This document shows positions 24,366 through 37,600 of a stretch of 64,000 bases of DNA, one piece after another (the first letter of the stretch is position 1; each line of letters begins with the position of its first letter). The position numbers were made by a program, and so were the translations under genes. The stretch is taken from assembly GCA_038496445.1 (NCBI GenBank), contig JALMLS010000225.1:74510-138509 (forward strand), written 5' to 3'. The stretch comes from Trichosphaerium sp. ATCC 40318. Lineage: Eukaryota > Protista > Tubulinea. The notes beneath the pieces were generated by a model. That model was not told the origin of the DNA. It worked only from the letters and a program-made list of their open reading frames with translations, and made no database searches.

Positions 24366-24750
24366 GGATGAGATATCAGGTGCATAAAACAACGTTCATA
24401 CAGCTTTATATAAGTCTGCGTATGAGTTCGTTTCAAGTTGAAGTCTCCCGAAGCCTTAAAGGTCTAGGAGACGAATCAGAAACGGACTCATGTGGGGAGG
24501 TACAATGCATTGTAGAACATGCTGTCGCTAAGTCTTGTTGGTACATCGGAACTCAACTTACCTACCAATATCTACATGATTTACGCTGTCGTTTCTACTG
24601 CTTAAACCCCCTCACCAGTCGCTTTCTTCGGCCCTTTGGGCACCTTGAGTCAGACCGATGCCATGTGGCAACGGTTACGACTTACCCTCCCCCCTCCATG
24701 CAAATGCATGGACTTCAAACCAACTGACGCTACCACCTTTCATCCTTTTT
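24366..24750 (+). ncRNA. Candidate ~385-nt structured Pol III RNA, family unassigned
   Basis: 5' GGATGAG pairs with TTCATCC (24739-24745) directly before TTTTT; several nested helices; upstream USE/TATA. Confidence 0.55.
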
Positions 24751-24821
24751 GTTGTACAACCCTTTTTGACATGTCGTATTAAAGACTCCGCGGAGTTAAC
24801 AAGATGATAATCAAGTACACT

Positions 24822-25894
24822 TTATTTTGTCTTTTCTTTCATGTCTTTAAATTTTTGTGCATAACGTTTACCAAGTGTTTGAAGTGCAGTGTGATCCAAG
24901 TGGATTTTATCAGGCTTCAATGATAGATCTAGTGTGTCTACACAATCGGAAAATGGTAGGCTTTCAGATACAGTCTTGATTGCCTCGTTGATTGTAGGAA
25001 CAAGAGTTCCATGTCTCCATTGAGCACCATTGACAATAGTAGAAATCCAAAGCGTCTAAGCGCTGTAGTCAGTACGAAGCGAACGTAAGGGTAATGACAG
25101 GTACCTCTTCAGGTAAGGCTAAGTCCTCACGGACTTTAGCGATAAGATTTCGTAGGTTGTCTCCGTATGCATTTGCTATCTTTTGTTTTTTAGGAAAAGA
25201 ATCACCACTCCCTTGATTCCAAAAAATTGCTGGTATTTCTACACGCACGTGATGAGTTTTTACATTTTTAAGAAGATTGCGTACCATATTCTTCTTTAAT
25301 ACTTGATAGAGCCTATAAGTTGACTTGGTGAGCGAGCTTTGACTTTAATTGTGATTTTTGGCTGTTACCTCTTTGACATATTCAATAAAGGCGTTGTAGT
25401 ACGCTTTCTTGCCACCTTTTTTCGGGTTCCAGTTCTGGTATAGATTCGTGCTACCTAATGATATACTGTCAGGGTTCGGGGACTCCAGTTGAGCGGTTTT
25501 GTACCCATTGCAAATTTAATAAAGTAGATTTTGGTGCCATCGTCGTACAAAGGCGCAATATCGCGTGCCAGAGTTATTTCTGGTCCTATTAAGCAAAAAA
25601 ATAGTTAATAAATTAAAGAGTTTAAAAACGTACCAAAAAGGGTTTTCTTCAAGCCTGGCGACTTCTGAGGCTGTACAGGTTCCCAAGCAGTGTTAGTTGC
25701 CCACGGACTCCCTTACAAAAGTTAGTTACAACTGTAAACCAGTGCTAGCTACCAAAATTGCGATCTACATCATATTTCATTTGAATCCGGGCGTAGGGAG
25801 CTTTCAAATCATTGGACAATTTTTTTGCTTCTGCACGGCCGCACATGTTAGATTGGCCTGCTAGAATGAATACCTTCGAAGGTTTTGATGCCAT
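24822..25894 (-). CDS. SASA / sialate O-acetylesterase-like (CE6) SGNH esterase, multi-exon
   Basis: VFILAGQSNM, FGPEI, IKFAMG.TNL, FWNQG..D and DKIHLD motifs. Confidence 0.85.
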
Positions 25895-26289
25895 ACTTGT
25901 AGCTTTTATGTTTTTAATGAAATGTAAAGTAACATTGGGCAACATTAGTGTAAACAATTTCAATGAATGGGTCAAATAAAATTCACTAATTTTTATGATT
26001 GCGTGTAACTTTGTTTAACACGTCACACCTTAATTCTGTACCATTTGAGCCTATGCAAGAAGTTGCATCATAGCATTGCTTTAAAAGGTAATTGGTAAAC
26101 TAGTAAAGCTGTGTGACTTGGACCAGTATAAACCAGAATAGATTTAATATTACTAAGTACGGACGGTCTGCCACAGCACATAGAATACAATCTTGCTGAA
26201 AAAATAGTCTTTGAATTGCAAGTATGGTCGAGGCATTGATAACTTCAGAACACTGCAGCCGTTACACTTTGTTTTACAATGTTTATTAT

Positions 26290-29273
26290 TTATTTTTCTT
26301 CGCTTACAGTTTCTATAGCAGGATCAAGGTAATCACATATCTCAGCAAAACTAGGTCTGTGAGCCGGATCTCTTTGTAAACATACTTTCATTAGTTCTTT
26401 TAAAGTTCTGTTACAATCTTGAGGTATCTCTGGGTGATATCCTTGATCTCTTATCATCATTGCAAGGTCAATCATGTTTACATCTTTTGATGGTTTTTCT
26501 CTTGCAACACATTCCCTACAAAGTCAGCTTTTGGCTTTAACTACAATTACTTGAGTGTACGCACCACGCTAATATTCCAAATGACCACACATCGCTTTTA
26601 ATACTGTACATTTGAGATATCGTTTCTGGAGCCTTAGAGTTCAGAGTCAGAAGAAAATAGAACTTCGTGTTTTTTTTTGTTTACCATCCACGGAATTGGT
26701 CCGAATTTTTGATTCGTTCGTGCAAATTCCTCATCCTCTAGTACGCGTGACATCCCTTTAAAATGTTATTTTAATATATGGAGACACCTTATGGTACCAA
26801 AATCAGACACCTTAGCTTGCATATGTATGGTGAGCTAAAAGAAAAAAAAACAAGATTAGAAAATAAGCTCACCGCCTTTTCGTACCAAAATATTTCTTGC
26901 TGCAAGATCTATAATAAAGTGGTCAACGAATAATTAGAATCTAAATTATCGCTCACCTCTATGTACAATACCAGCAGCATGAAGATGTTCCATACCAACT
27001 GAGACATCTAATAAAATTGCTCTTTTTTGCTCATCAGGAAATTCATTCGTTTTATCGCTTTGGTATTCTCGGTAAGTATTTTTGTTCAGCAGATTGCCTT
27101 ACCATATCAAGTCCAGTAAGCTACCACCATCAATGTATTCTAATACCATAAACGGCCTTTTTTTATGAATACAAACGCCATAGATTTGAACAACATTGCA
27201 ATGAGGTCGAAGTTTCAACATAACATTTATCTCACGAAGAAAACTTTGTAATTTGGCTTCCTTCTTGGTTTGCTATGAAAAAAAAAAAGTAAATATCGAA
27301 AAAACAATTCTAACACATACGCAGACTTTAATAGCAACGCCTGTATGACGATAAGTCCCACGATAAACAGTACCGAAAGCGCCTTTGCCCTAAACAAGAA
27401 AAAATTAAGAAAAAAAAGTTTGTTTAGAAGAAAGAAAAAGAAACTTAATCATGACGTACAAGTTCACATACTAGCCTCAATTTAGAATGATCTATCAACC
27501 AACCCTACCACTCTAAGATATAAACAAAATAAAAAGAAAAAGAAAAGCACAAACCGTGAACCAATGTTCTGACTTTTCAAGAGCTGTAGCTCTTCTTCTA
27601 GGTACATCTTCTGATACTCTAGACACGTGTTTATTTTTATCACCACTGCTTGATCTCTTCCTTTGTGGGTTATCCTCTATTTTACTCTTTCTTGCGAAGT
27701 AATGCGCTGACTTTGGACGTTGTCTTTTACGACCGCCTCCTTGATTGTGATTGTAGCCACCAGACTCATCTCCGTTTCTATGTGGTCCTCTTATTCTCTC
27801 TTTTTGCTTTGCACTTATTCTCTTTGTAGTTGATAGTACTTCTGACTCGAATCCTTCGTTTTTTAAAAGTTTATCACTCCATTCTATTAAACATTTCACT
27901 TAGTTACATTCAATTCTACTTGTGAGTTCTTTAAAGATAGATACCTGTACGAGAGAGGACACGAGACGAGAAGGAACCCAATTTTCTTACTTCGCGTCTA
28001 TTTGATTCCAAGAGAGACAACAATGGTTTAACAGAGAGCCATACCTTTGAGTGTTTTTTTAGTTAAAGAGCAAAATTACGACACGTTGAATAGGTGATCT
28101 TACAATGTGGTTGTCTCGCATCCATTTTATGATATGTTTCGGTTTGAATGTCGCTGTAAAGTCTCTGATAAGAGTTTTGACAGCATCAATTTTATCTGAA
28201 GCAAGAAGAAGTAAACAATCAAATCCTGAAGAAGAAAAGTAGGTTCTGTACGTTCGTTGCCTGTGCCGATTATAAAGAGCAAACTATACCAATGTCGTTC
28301 TTCTAATTTATGTTGCATCTGTTCAATCATCCATTCTATAGCGAAGTTGCACGTGTGAAGACCAATCTGACCCAATTCTGAAACAAATGTGAACAAAAAG
28401 CAAATGTACATGTTTGTTTTAATAAATTGTACCATATCTTGTGCAACAATACAGACACATCTCGGTGTACGTTATTATATTCCTTCCATGTTTCTCATCT
28501 AAAGCGTATTAAAAAATATGTGTATCATTTCTCACGAGTAAAATAAGCTTACCAACGTTCTGTCTTGTTTTGATATGTAACATTGTTAACTTTTTTGTAA
28601 AATGGCTTATATTATTTCCAAACCTTTTAGCTACCTTCTCTACAGTAATGATATGTTATAATAAACTTAAAGAATCTATATAGACGCACCATGCTGTAAA
28701 ATCATCCAAATAAAAAGTAACCAACCGAAATCTTCTTCAGTCCTTTCTCGCTTCAACATAACACCCAACCTCACATCAATAACACTTGGTAGCGATGCAA
28801 TATCAAATAGCGCAAGCATATGTTGCTCTAGGTCACCAAAGAAGTAAGCATAAAGACAAAGAAGAAACAAAAAAAATAAAACGAAGAAATCACAAGATAG
28901 CCACAAAGGCACGTGCACAAAGATTTAATTATTAATAATTTTCTGCGTGAAGACCAAAATTATACCTTTATCTGCAAATGTCTGTACTATCGCTAAAGCA
29001 GCCATACGGACACGTGGTTCCCCATTCTTTAGAGCACGAGCTAATCTATGATGTCCTTTCGCTTTAAAAAAATAGGCCTTGTTCCGTTCTATGCGTGGTG
29101 AGTTGAGATATGGACATCACGTGATAAAAAACAAGAAGGCGTTATTTACCTGCGTCGTTTCTAAAAAAACCCTTACAAGCTTCAAGTAATTCTTCTAGCG
29201 CTAGTAATCGTTCTCTTGGTACTACTGAGTCTATTCTATGTAAAAGATTGTCTATTGTTTCATAGGAGCTCAT
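26290..29273 (-). CDS. TKL-type protein kinase with helical N-terminal region, multi-exon
   Basis: GKGAFGTVYRG, VAIK, LRPHCNVVQIYG, GIVHRDLAARN, KVSDFG, KSDVWSFG, RPSFAEI. Confidence 0.85.
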
Positions 29274-29747
29274 TATTATGGGTCCGCAAGAACCAACAAG
29301 TGTAGCGCTAAGTATCACGTAGAAAAAAAAAACCTGCGAGTTGTATTTGTGATACCGAACCGAAAATAAGAGTACGCTTCTCGTTAAGCCACGACTGAGC
29401 CGAAATACTGTTGAAATAGCTCGGTATCTTCTACGGTATTAGTGTTAATACGATAGAGCCAATCCATTCTGATGTAGTATCTAAGAGGCTCGGAAAAAGT
29501 TAAAAATATCAAAGTTTTTTGATAAGTCTTGTTTTATTTACAATTCCAGCTAAACACGTTTTAAATGAACCGTATTTGGCGTATGCGTGTGCTAAGGTCT
29601 TATCTCCCTTTAAAAAGTATGTTACACGGTGACAGCCGTCCAAATAAGACTTTGGTTTGCAAAAATAGTCTCACACAAACTTCAAAAAGCCACACGCTTG
29701 TGAACTGCGGTAGTTCCTTTTTTTTGCATTCAATTAGTTTTTTCTTG

Positions 29748-31220
29748 TCAAGCGTTATCTGCTTCGGCTTCTTTCTCTAAAAACTTGATCTAAAACGAGC
29801 AAAGTGAGCAACAGCAATCCCAACACTTTAGCCAGAAGAATCGTACCCATAGATCAGCGAGGCTAACGCCTTCAAGAGGGTCTTCCTCTTTTTTATCTGA
29901 AGAGTTTGTAGTTGGAGCACCAGTAAAGTATCCATACCAACCGCCATCATTCACTTGTGCAGCTAAACCTACTTGTTGTTTCTCTTCATCTGTAAAGTTT
30001 AACATTGACGACATGAGGTCAATAATCTCTTGACGCTGAGCTGGTTTTGTGAGGTAAGAAATTAACATCTTTGTAATCACACGCCTTGGAACCAGTTAGA
30101 GCATAAACAACATCAAAAAAAAACATCATTTTGACACATGTCAAAATGAGCAATTTCATGTGAAGCAAGAAAAGAATTATGTACTTGTCAATGAGCATAT
30201 CCTTATTAGCGCTTATATTCATCTTTAGGGTACGTTGAAGTGCTGCACGCAAAGGTTCAACTAAATCAGAATGAGAAAACCGCAATACGCGCGTAAAATA
30301 GAAAAAGAAGTATTTCCTTCTAACTTTTCAACTAAATAAAAATTTTATGTCTAAACTTTCCTTCTCTCTTCAACGCAGCAATTTCTTTATCTTTTTCGAG
30401 AAGCCTCCCTCTTAGCTCTTCTACAGTGACACCCAATGAAACATTTTTAAACTCAATATCTTGTAATGTCTCTATTTTCTCATCTCTTTCTTTTACGCCT
30501 ATTTCTAAGCGTTTAACTTTGCTTTTGAGTTGATGTAATTGGATGCTCAAGTCTGCTTCATGTGCTATTGAATATAAGTAAATTGTATTAAAAGTAATTT
30601 ATGTAGCGTTGCAGACGCTCAGTTGATGCTGTGAGCGAAGAAAAGAGCGTGTAGGGTTTTTCGAGCATTTGCTGACGTTTAAATTATTTTGATTGCTGTG
30701 GTGATTCTATACCTTCATGTAAGCGTTCTACAACGCCTTGAAGGTTTTCAAGTCCTTCTTTTGTGCTTTGGTACTCCTGTTCCTTTCTATCCCACTCTGC
30801 CTAGTAAAAAAGGTAGTGGCATCGCTTTTAGCGCACAATGGACCTGTTTCTCTTCTAGCGCTGCCTCCTTTTGTGCTATTTCCCTCTCTCTTGTCGCATA
30901 CGCTTTAAACTTGTTTTCATAGTCTTCTAATTGACTTTGTACTGCAAGTATCGTTTCGTCACAAGATTGCTCTGATTCGAGCAACCGCGCTTTTAGACGC
31001 ACAACTGTGGCCGAGAGAGCTTTTTTCTCAACTGTACCTTGTATTAGCGCTTACAAATAGTGTAAATCGTATTACCTGTCAGTTGCTGTATTATCTGTTG
31101 ATCACTACTTTGTTCTAACGGTTGTCAATGCTTTAAATGAAATGTATTCGCTACCTGCCATGCTACATTCTTTTGTTTCAGAGTTTTGATCTTGACTTCA
31201 TACGACGCTTGTTGCAGCAT
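29748..31220 (-). CDS. Coiled-coil golgin with GRAB domain (RUD3/GMAP-210-like), multi-exon
   Basis: Coiled-coil exons; IDKRVITKMLISY..RQEIIDLMSSMLNFTDEEKQQVGL and SLADLWIKFL. Start uncertain. Confidence 0.72.
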
Positions 31221-31951
31221 CTCACAGCGATGCAAACACTGTGAGAATAGTCAGCATGACTATAATTTGTAGTTGGCTTGTAAATCGAAGCCAAGTAGAA
31301 TTGTATTTGCTGTAAAAAACTGAAATTTCGGTGCTTTTCATGACGTTATGTGATGAGCATAGCGTACTTTTTGCACTGTCAAAATGGTGTTTTTATGGTT
31401 GTAGTCATAATTGCACTCATGCAAGGCTCAGCACAACAAATTGACACAACAAATTATGTTTAATCTACAACCAGTTTGCGCTCTTGTGCAACTGCGTCTG
31501 ACGACCTATCAACGTAAAAGCTGTTTTGAACTCTACCATATCTTTTTATACAACTACTATTGATTGGCAAGTAACTGTAAGAAGTCTAGTCGAATGCCGC
31601 ACATGAAAAGATGGAATAGCATGCAGTGAAAATGACAAGTGAATATTCTCTTAAAACTAGACCAAAACTACCATGTCACGCTTTGACTGACTTCGGTGTG
31701 CGCGTAGTGATAAACTAGCATTACCATGTGCCTACTTTTTATCAAATTTCGTAAGTACTGAAGGCTATGAAACCCTTTTTCGTTTAAGTTTAGCGAAACA
31801 AAAATAAGGTTTGTAACTTTCGGTGAAAGCAAATTCACGCCAAAGACTTTAACTCAAAAAAAAAGTTATACAATCCAATGTTCGTTGCGCCACGAAGCCG
31901 AAACCTCTGTATGTTGCTAAATACAGGCAAATAGAAAGTAACAATGTATTA

Positions 31952-33931
31952 GTGAACGACAGGCAAGAGGGAATACTGCAGGATTTATTCTCCAAGGTAG
32001 CTGTAACCAGTGAAGGTGATAAAAGAACCATACAGGTCGATCAGTGGCCTCAAACAATAAAATTGCTGTCAACAATAAAAGAAGGTGAAGAAGACAAAGT
32101 GACAGCAGCAATGAGCGATAGGTTGTTCTCTGCGTTTGATTTAAAACAGGTTTGTATTTCACACGCGCTTATTTAATCACTAACCCTCCCCAGTCAGGTG
32201 AAATAGATCTAGACGAGTTTATACAGTGTATTACAGATCTTACGAAGGGCACATTACCGGGAAAGCTTAATTGTACCGTACATTTATTTGCAAACACACT
32301 GTTAACCGTATATATAGTCGCATTTCGCGTATTTGATGCTGAACAAAAGGGTTACATTTCAAAACAAGATTTTACGTTATTCCTACGAGGTACTCAAGCG
32401 TACTGAGAGTATTAACACCCAAACACATACTCTCTTACTAAAAATCTCCAAACTGGGCAAAACGCTTTTAAACACGCCCTTTGAGACTATGAAATAGTTG
32501 TATTCAAGCGTACATGTCTAATACATCATATAGGCGTAGTAGACGAACCGGGATACGAGCGTGTTATTGGATTAAACGAACAGATTCTGGGTAGGCTACG
32601 TCTGGACCTTATTCTCCTTTGTTTTTTTCTTGTTTTATAGTTTATGTCGATTTGGACGCATTTCTATTCTGTTTTTCCTGAAATGCAATAAAAACTTGGC
32701 GACAAGGTCTTGTCGTTGTCGAGTTGTAACCAAAACTTTTGCCTTTTGTTTTCTTCAAAATCCAACTTGTTTGTATACTGTAAGCTTACTTGTACTTTAT
32801 AGCTGCATTTGAAGAGCATGCTGTTTACTTGACTCAATGTGTATACAACTCAGAACTACAGCTTGACTTGATGGGTCAGATTAGCAAGTTTAAAGAAGAC
32901 CTATTTACTCTTCGGATAAACGTGCGTTTGATTTGTGAAAAAAAAAAAAAGACTTTGCATGAAAACCAACAACGTCCCACTGTATCGATACCTGCGCCGT
33001 TGTATATTCTCGTTGTTTTCTTACAGATTGGAGCAAAAAAAAAACTTGAAATTTTTTTGTCGGTTCGCGCTGTTAACACGTTTCTTTTCTTTAGCAAGTT
33101 GTAGAAGGTATATATAAAAAGTATTGTAAATCAGATCGTATGAATAAGGAGGAGTTTTATAAATGGGGTTCGCATGGGTAAGGCTCTTTGTCCAAAAATT
33201 ATTTTTTTTTCGAATATTCTATTGTTCGTATATCTTACTCCCTTGTTAGCCAAGATGCTCTACTATGGCTAGGGAGGTGGATGAATATAGAGTCTTTCTT
33301 ATTTAAGGACGAAAACGAAGGTAGTTACTTACATTCCGGCCGCTTCAAAAAAGCTTTTAGTTTCACTCTTTTTCAATAATAAGCATTCTTGTTGCGTTTT
33401 TGTATTCCGCTGGCTCTGATGTTTCTTTTTATAGTTGTGCACGAAAAATTCAGTTGTAGGGGTTGTGGACAAAGACCAATACGAGGGACACGATACTGGT
33501 AATTAAAATAGCAATGACATTTAACCATGGCTTATAAAAGTTTTCTTTTAATTTAGTTGTAACACGTGCAAATATTATAATTTTTGCGAAATGTGTGTCA
33601 ATGATAAGCGAGATATTGGTACTCATAAACATACACATACTTATACAAAGTTCGAAAAAGCTGTTGTAATTCATTGGGGTACGCTAAAAATAGAAATAAA
33701 CACCAATAAACTAAAAATTTTCGGCGGAAATTTTTATTTTTACCATTCTGTTCTTCGTCTTCCTTTTCTTTTATTGACGTTGTTTTGTCTTTAGGATACA
33801 AATGTAATGTATGCAATAAATGCCCTATAATTGGAACAAGGATGAGGTGCACGATTTGTGAAGACTTTGATATGTGCGAGCACCATGAACACGAACATCC
33901 AACAATACCTGTAGAAAAACCTGTACAATAG
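31952..33931 (+). CDS. EF-hand (NCS/calcineurin B-like) protein with C-terminal ZZ zinc fingers, multi-exon
   Basis: FSAFDLKQSGEIDLDEF, AFRVFDAEQKGYISKQDF, CRGCGQRPIRGTR, CNVCNKCPIIGTRMRCTICEDFDMC. 5' end not resolved. Confidence 0.7.
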
Positions 33932-34695
33932 AAAAAGAAAAATCTTTAAACCAAAAAACTGAGATAAGGGTCTTTATTGCTTCAAGTAAGTGTCATTGAC
34001 ACTTACAATATGTATCTAGTTAATTCCTCAGAAACACGTACATTGAATATCAAGAGCGTAAAGGACCGTGCTGAGAAGTAAAACTTATAAAAATGGTAAA
34101 ACAAAAAGTGCCTTTTGATCAAAAAACTTATTAAAAAATCCAATCTCGTGAAAACCTGTTGACTTTTTAACTTGATTAGCGACCTTTAGAAACACGTTAT
34201 GAGTTTGGTTGAGTTGAAATAAAGAACTCTATTACATGTCAAATCTTTCAAATTGTCACCTTTTTTTTTCAAAACAATCGCATTATTCTGAAACTGTTTT
34301 TGGAGAAAGAGGGACTGTACAATTAAGTATTTTTGCCACCTGAAGCTGCATTCCATTGTTAGCTTCACGAAGGTTAGATATAGTTGCTCTAATAACAACT
34401 GTTTGAAAGTACGATTCAAAATGTAGACAAACATTTGAGCTTCTATGACTTATTTTTTTTTTTTTGTGACTTATGTTATTATTTTCTATGCCAAGAAATC
34501 TAATAATGTCGCTCTATAGAGGGACATATCCCAATGTATTTACTATATGTAACGACATAGGTGCCTAATTGAGGGTAATGTAATCCAATAAACAAACATC
34601 AACATTATTGAAAACAGAAAAAAAAAAGCAAGTCAAAAAAAAAAAACTACACGAGGCTGTTTAAAATCTAAGTAAACGATATCATTTTATTTTAT

Positions 34696-37600
34696 TTATG
34701 GAGGAGGAGGAGTAACAGTAGGCATTGGCGTAGGTACTGGACCAAATAAGGTTAAACAGGTGTCAACATTAGATTCACAACCTAGAACTTCTTCAGAACC
34801 ACTCTCGTTAACAACACAACGATCTTCATCATCTCCTGCATCAACAGTATCGATAGGACCTATACCAGAATTGGCTCCATTATTGCAAGATACTACAGTA
34901 TCGCAACCTTCATTGCCGCGAATATTACCCATCTGTAAGACAAACAAGTTAGCCAAAAAAGAAGAAGAAATAAAAACCAGAAAACTTTGGTGGTCTTGTA
35001 AAAACGCAGTTACGAAATAATTTTCGCTATGGCGATTTTTGTGTGGTGATAATAACATGTTTTACGTACTCTATCATTCGCAAAAGTATAAATGCTATCA
35101 TCACCCAATCCTCCAATGATTGAATCAATGTCGAAAAGTGATGATGCTTCTCTAACTTCAATACAATCATCACCTTCACCAGTATCAATGACGTCAAAAA
35201 CTGCCATAGGACCCTCTACAACGACGATATCATCCTATTTATTATCGTTAGACATAAATCACGTGTTTGAGATTTGACAAAACCATACTTCAGTTTCTGT
35301 TGTGATATCTCCGTTTACATCACTTCCCATGACATAGATCTCATCGGAGCCTACACCACCTGCAACAGGACCATCAACTTCTGATCCCATGTCGACCTCA
35401 ATAATATCATCTCCTTCTTGTCCGTCGATCTCAGCAGCAACCGAATCCGAAACGCTTATATGATCGTTACCATCTTGACCTAAGAAAATATAAGCAACTT
35501 TTCTACTTTAAAAAAGGTAAGATACTTGCCTCTGATACGAGCTGTTTCAGCCATGCTGTGTACGAATACACAATCGTCTCCGCCTGCAGCGTTTATTAAT
35601 CCGATAAATGCACCTATAATACAATATGAGTCAGAATTTGTACTTCAAAAAAAAAATTGTTACCAGTAACAGAAATGCAATCATTATCTGCACCGCCATT
35701 AAGTTGTTGAGCATCTCCCGGTGCGTTTGTATCTCCACCATTAACAATAATCATGTCGTTACCACCTTGACCATTGATTCTACCAGTAGACGCATCCGTG
35801 CCGATATAGCAATCATCATCACCGGCTGAAAAGAAGCACTTTAGAAAAGAAAAAAAAACAGTAAAATAAACTCGGCTTTTTTGTTTACAACGAACGAACT
35901 CTCGAGAGTTGCAAGTACAGACCTTACTTTTTTTAAAAAAACAACCTGTTAGGCTTCTTATGTGCTTATTTTACACAGTATTTCCGCAAGTAGCAGGTAA
36001 ATTATTTTGTTTTTGAATGATAGGATGAAACACGTGATTTATATAAAATTGATTTGAAAAATTGTTTACGTACCTAGATTAATGATACCAGATACCGTAC
36101 CACCTTCATTAATGACACAATCTGCTCTTGGACCTCCAGTAATTCCCAAAACGACGTCAGCGTTTTCTGTTAGAATGATACAATTTCTTCCTCTGACACC
36201 CACAACACTTTGTACGATTGTATCAATTACAACACATGCGTCATTATCTCGTACTTCGATAACTACGAAAAAAGGTAAGCTACAACGATAAAAGCATTTG
36301 CTTTTGTTTGTACGCCCACAGAGTGGGAAAAAAAAACAAGTATTTTAAGTGTATTACGTACTTCCTCGGTTTCTTGGATTACCGTTTATGTCAAGAGCTT
36401 CATCAATCGAGCGACAATCAGCCCTGTTAATATTCTCACAAACTGTACACGTTGTGCATGTACTCAACATTTCAACCTCACAACCTGGAATGGCACATTG
36501 ACAGTTCGATCCTTCACATACTGGTACTATAGGTGGCTCAGGAGCTATAATAAAAACGGTAAGCGAACAACAGTCTCAAGTTACATCTACGCTAAAGTAA
36601 AGTATTTGATAAATGAAGAATATCACGAGATATAAAAGGAGAGTAGGAGACAAGATTATATTGAAAAAAAAAATTATTGGAGAAAAAAAGACAAGCCTTT
36701 TCTTCTTTTGTTACGAGCCCATTTTGAGGGTAGTATTTTTTTGGTATTGTGCGTATACCCACTCAGTTAAACTTTGAGTTGACTTTTGTTGCCCAGAAAA
36801 TAAGTTTTGGGTAATATTTTGGCGGCTGAATGATACGACACATAAACAAAAAGCAAGAAAAAAAAAAGATACGTACGAACAACACGTCCAGCAATCTCGC
36901 CAATTCCAGCACTCCCAGGACTGGGCACTGCTGAAATATCAAGTCTAACATATCTTGCAACAACTGGCATCATAAAATCGATTGGAATACCGGCTTCTGC
37001 TACACCAGTCGTGGGAGGGACAGCTTCAGCCATCAATACAGGAGTGAAGAGCGTGTTATCCACTGATACCGAAATATCGGTCGTAACAATACGTGCCATC
37101 TCGGCTTCTCCAGCCCAAAGGCAAAGGCCGCTCAAGGTAATCTCTGCTCCAAAATCGTAAGTTATTACTCGCTCAGTTTGATCGAATGGCCTTTGAATGA
37201 AAGATCTGAATGGAGCATTGCCAGTTGTATGAACAAGATTACAAGCATCTACAAACACATCTCCGTCCATAAAAGCGCCTCCATCGAAGCCTGATTTGTC
37301 GTATGAAAACGTTGGCGCATTGAAATCTTGTGAGACCATTGCTGTCTCAGCGGCCACAGGCGACATTATTTCCTCAGGTGGTGGTGGGAATGCCCTCTTT
37401 TCTGTTGTTCCTGATGTTTTCTTCTTCTTGGCAGCGTTTTGGAGCAGTTGTCTGTTATGTGACCTGTCTTCTTCGACTTTTTTCTATTTTTAGAAAATTA
37501 GTTAATTTGACAATCAAGTAACTAATCGTCAGAACGATCAAAAAACCAAAAAGTAAGGCAAGACCTCCGCCAACAATTAAAAAAAGGGGTTGAGCCTGCA

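Noticed and set aside
24368-24727. 119-aa ORF over the candidate RNA
   Set aside because: No recognisable motif; promoter, terminator and helices fit an RNA gene better.
32390-32533. Apparent intron without an AG acceptor in the EF-hand gene
   Set aside because: A single longer GT-AG intron restores the frame (FLRG-VVDEPG).
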